NCBI RefSeq assembly: GCF_004010195.1
Contig: NC_057719.1
Span: 1,340,195-1,404,194, forward strand
Length of the DNA: 64,000 bases
From: Chiloscyllium plagiosum
Lineage: Eukaryota
Direction: 5' to 3'
A program made the translations under genes and the position numbers. The notes under the pieces were generated by a model, which was not told where the DNA came from, ran no database searches, and saw nothing but the letters and a program-made list of their open reading frames with translations. Of this stretch, positions 62,063 through 64,000 are shown one piece after another (position 1 is the first letter of the stretch; each line of letters opens with the position of its first letter).

Positions 62063-62362
62063 TTTTATCCATTCATGGGCTGTGAGTGTCACTGGGTGGA
62101 CTAGCATTTATTGCCCATCTCTAATTGCTCAGAAGACAATTAAGAGTCATCCATGTCACTGGGTCTGGAGTCACATATAGGCCAGACCAGGTACGATGCA
62201 GCTTTCTTTCCTCAAAGGATGGTGATGAACCCACTTGGGTCTTTACGATCAATGACAGTGGTTACATGATTTCCCCCAGGTTAGCTTTTCATTCCAGGGT
62301 TTTGTTAAATTTAAATGCTCACCATCTGCCAGGGTGAGATTTGAACCCACTTCCCCCAGCAT
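62063..62362 (-). mobile_element. Deu-type SINE
   Basis: Reverse-complement core and tail. Confidence 0.65.
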
Positions 62363-63125
62363 CTCCCGAATGGATGTTCAGTTAACTACCTAAACTGAAT
62401 TGAGAAATATCAAGCAGAGCGATATGGCCAGATCGCCTGATATTGGTCAAGAGATAATTAATAACCAGGACACCAAGTAGAACTGCCTGGTTGCCTCCTG
62501 AATACTGCAATGCGATCATCTACCCAAAGGGGAACTGGAAATCTCATTTAATAACCCAACACCTTCAACAGTGGGCGCCACATTCTTCTCCCTGTCTGAG
62601 ATTGAACACGACTGTTAGTGTCCTTGGTGTTGTGTGTGATGAGTGTCTGACTACCTGTTCACTGCCTTACTAATATGGCATATTTCCACCCACATCACAA
62701 TGACCATCCTCTGTGACTCAGACACATCCTGTCCATTTTCTATCTTCTGTAAGTTTAAAATCATCCAAAACTCTGCTGCCAGTGTGTAATTTGCCCCAGA
62801 TACTGTTTACCTACTCCCTCCTGTGTTCTCTGCCTTTTGCTTGACCCTCAGTTAAACATTGTATTGATTTTCAAAATTCTCACCCTTGCTTTTAAATCCC
62901 TTCATGGCCTGCTTTGTGCCTCCTTTTTGTAATCTCCTGAAGCTCACATTTCCAGGGGACTTATTTTGACTTCTTGAGCATCGCTAAAAACTGACATGGC
63001 CCAGTTTAATTGATGAGCTTGCAACAAATTGCAAGGACATAATGGCCAGATTATTTGTCTCACTGATGTTGTTTGTGGGATAAATATTGGCATTTTGTTG
63101 ATTCCTGAAGATGTAATCACTCCAT

Positions 63126-63775
63126 TGTTACGACATGGGGCAAACCCCTCTGCTAATGTAAACCCGACACACAGAGAAGTTCAGCTCGCGCCGTAATCTG
63201 TTACATTCGAGAGGCAAAGAACTATCCCCGAGGTCACTACTTAAAGTAAAAATTAACAATTTTATTCTTTAAGTCCAAAAGGTAACATTAAACAACAGCT
63301 ATTTACAACTCCTTTCTCTGAAACCTATCCTTTACCTCCCACCCTACAATACTGGTCCAATTTAAAAAAAAATCACATTTCAAAACCAGTCAGCTTTGTC
63401 GATTCTCCTTTGTAGATTTTTCTAGCTCAGCTTCGGTCTTCTGCGGCAAAATTTCTTATGAACCGGTACCTTTCAGAAAGCTATTCGGTGAGCAGACTAT
63501 ACTTGTTGGTTTTCTTGGCAGTTTTCCCCCTAACTGTTCAAAATGTCTGGTTTTATACCCCAAAACATCAGATCATTTCATTGGTTTGATATCATCAAAA
63601 CACTAAATTCGAATTTGATTGGATTTTCGTATCTGGAGCATAATTCAAACTGATAGGTCGAATTTGAATTTGTTTTTATTCCATGGCAATGCAAATCCAA
63701 CTATTTGTTTCAACTAAGTATTACATTTTTAAATTGTTCAGGACACTGTGCTTTCAGTCGGTCCTTGCTAGCTCC
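63126..63775 (-). mobile_element. Probable LTR (Gypsy-like); the other end is not resolved in this window
   Basis: Begins TGTTACG, with a layout like 11002-11744 (minus-strand AATAAA about 140 bp in). Confidence 0.45.
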
Positions 63776-63834
63776 CTCTCTCTTTCCTGTCTCCCTCCAT
63801 GTCTGTGTCTGTCTCTCCGTCTCTCTCTGTCTGT

Positions 63835-63890
<56 letters not shown>

Positions 63891-63946
63891 GTCTCTCTGT
63901 CTCTCTGTCTCTCTCTGTGTCTCTCTCTCTCACACACACACACACT

Positions 63947-63985
<39 letters not shown>
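63775..63985. repeat. (CT)n/(CTGT)n/(CA)n compound microsatellite
   Basis: Direct inspection. Confidence 0.95.
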
Positions 63986-64000
63986 TGGTAGCAGCTTGGT

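Noticed and set aside
20678..64000. BTBD6, PACS2 or further BRF1 exons
   Set aside because: No recognisable peptide was found, although a short exon could be missed by eye

Overview
Repeat-dense vertebrate genomic DNA. The repeat families (HE1-type V-SINEs, Deu-type SINEs, CR1, Rex1, Penelope-like elements) point to a cartilaginous fish, probably a shark. Host genes: (i) the first coding exon of BRF1 (TFIIIB 90 kDa subunit, Zn-ribbon; 20491-20677, +) in a CpG-rich island. I could not find exon 2, so intron 1 appears to exceed 43 kb. (ii) Three phase-compatible putative 3' exons of an unidentified gene (3339-3533, 4821-4973, 8011-8251, +). Most of the rest is decayed retroelements. The main observations concern retrotransposition mechanics. 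Three Penelope-like (PLE) families carry minimal hammerhead ribozymes with covarying stems. Many short palindromic PLE insertions with 11-17 bp TSDs pivot at the ribozyme. One young PLE encloses about 450 bp of old foreign DNA, and another has a 21-nt exact copy of BRF1 exon 1 at its internal junction. A 1.3-kb non-coding VNTR-containing composite insertion has a perfect 16-bp TSD. All calls are by eye, repeat boundaries are approximate, and no database search was run.
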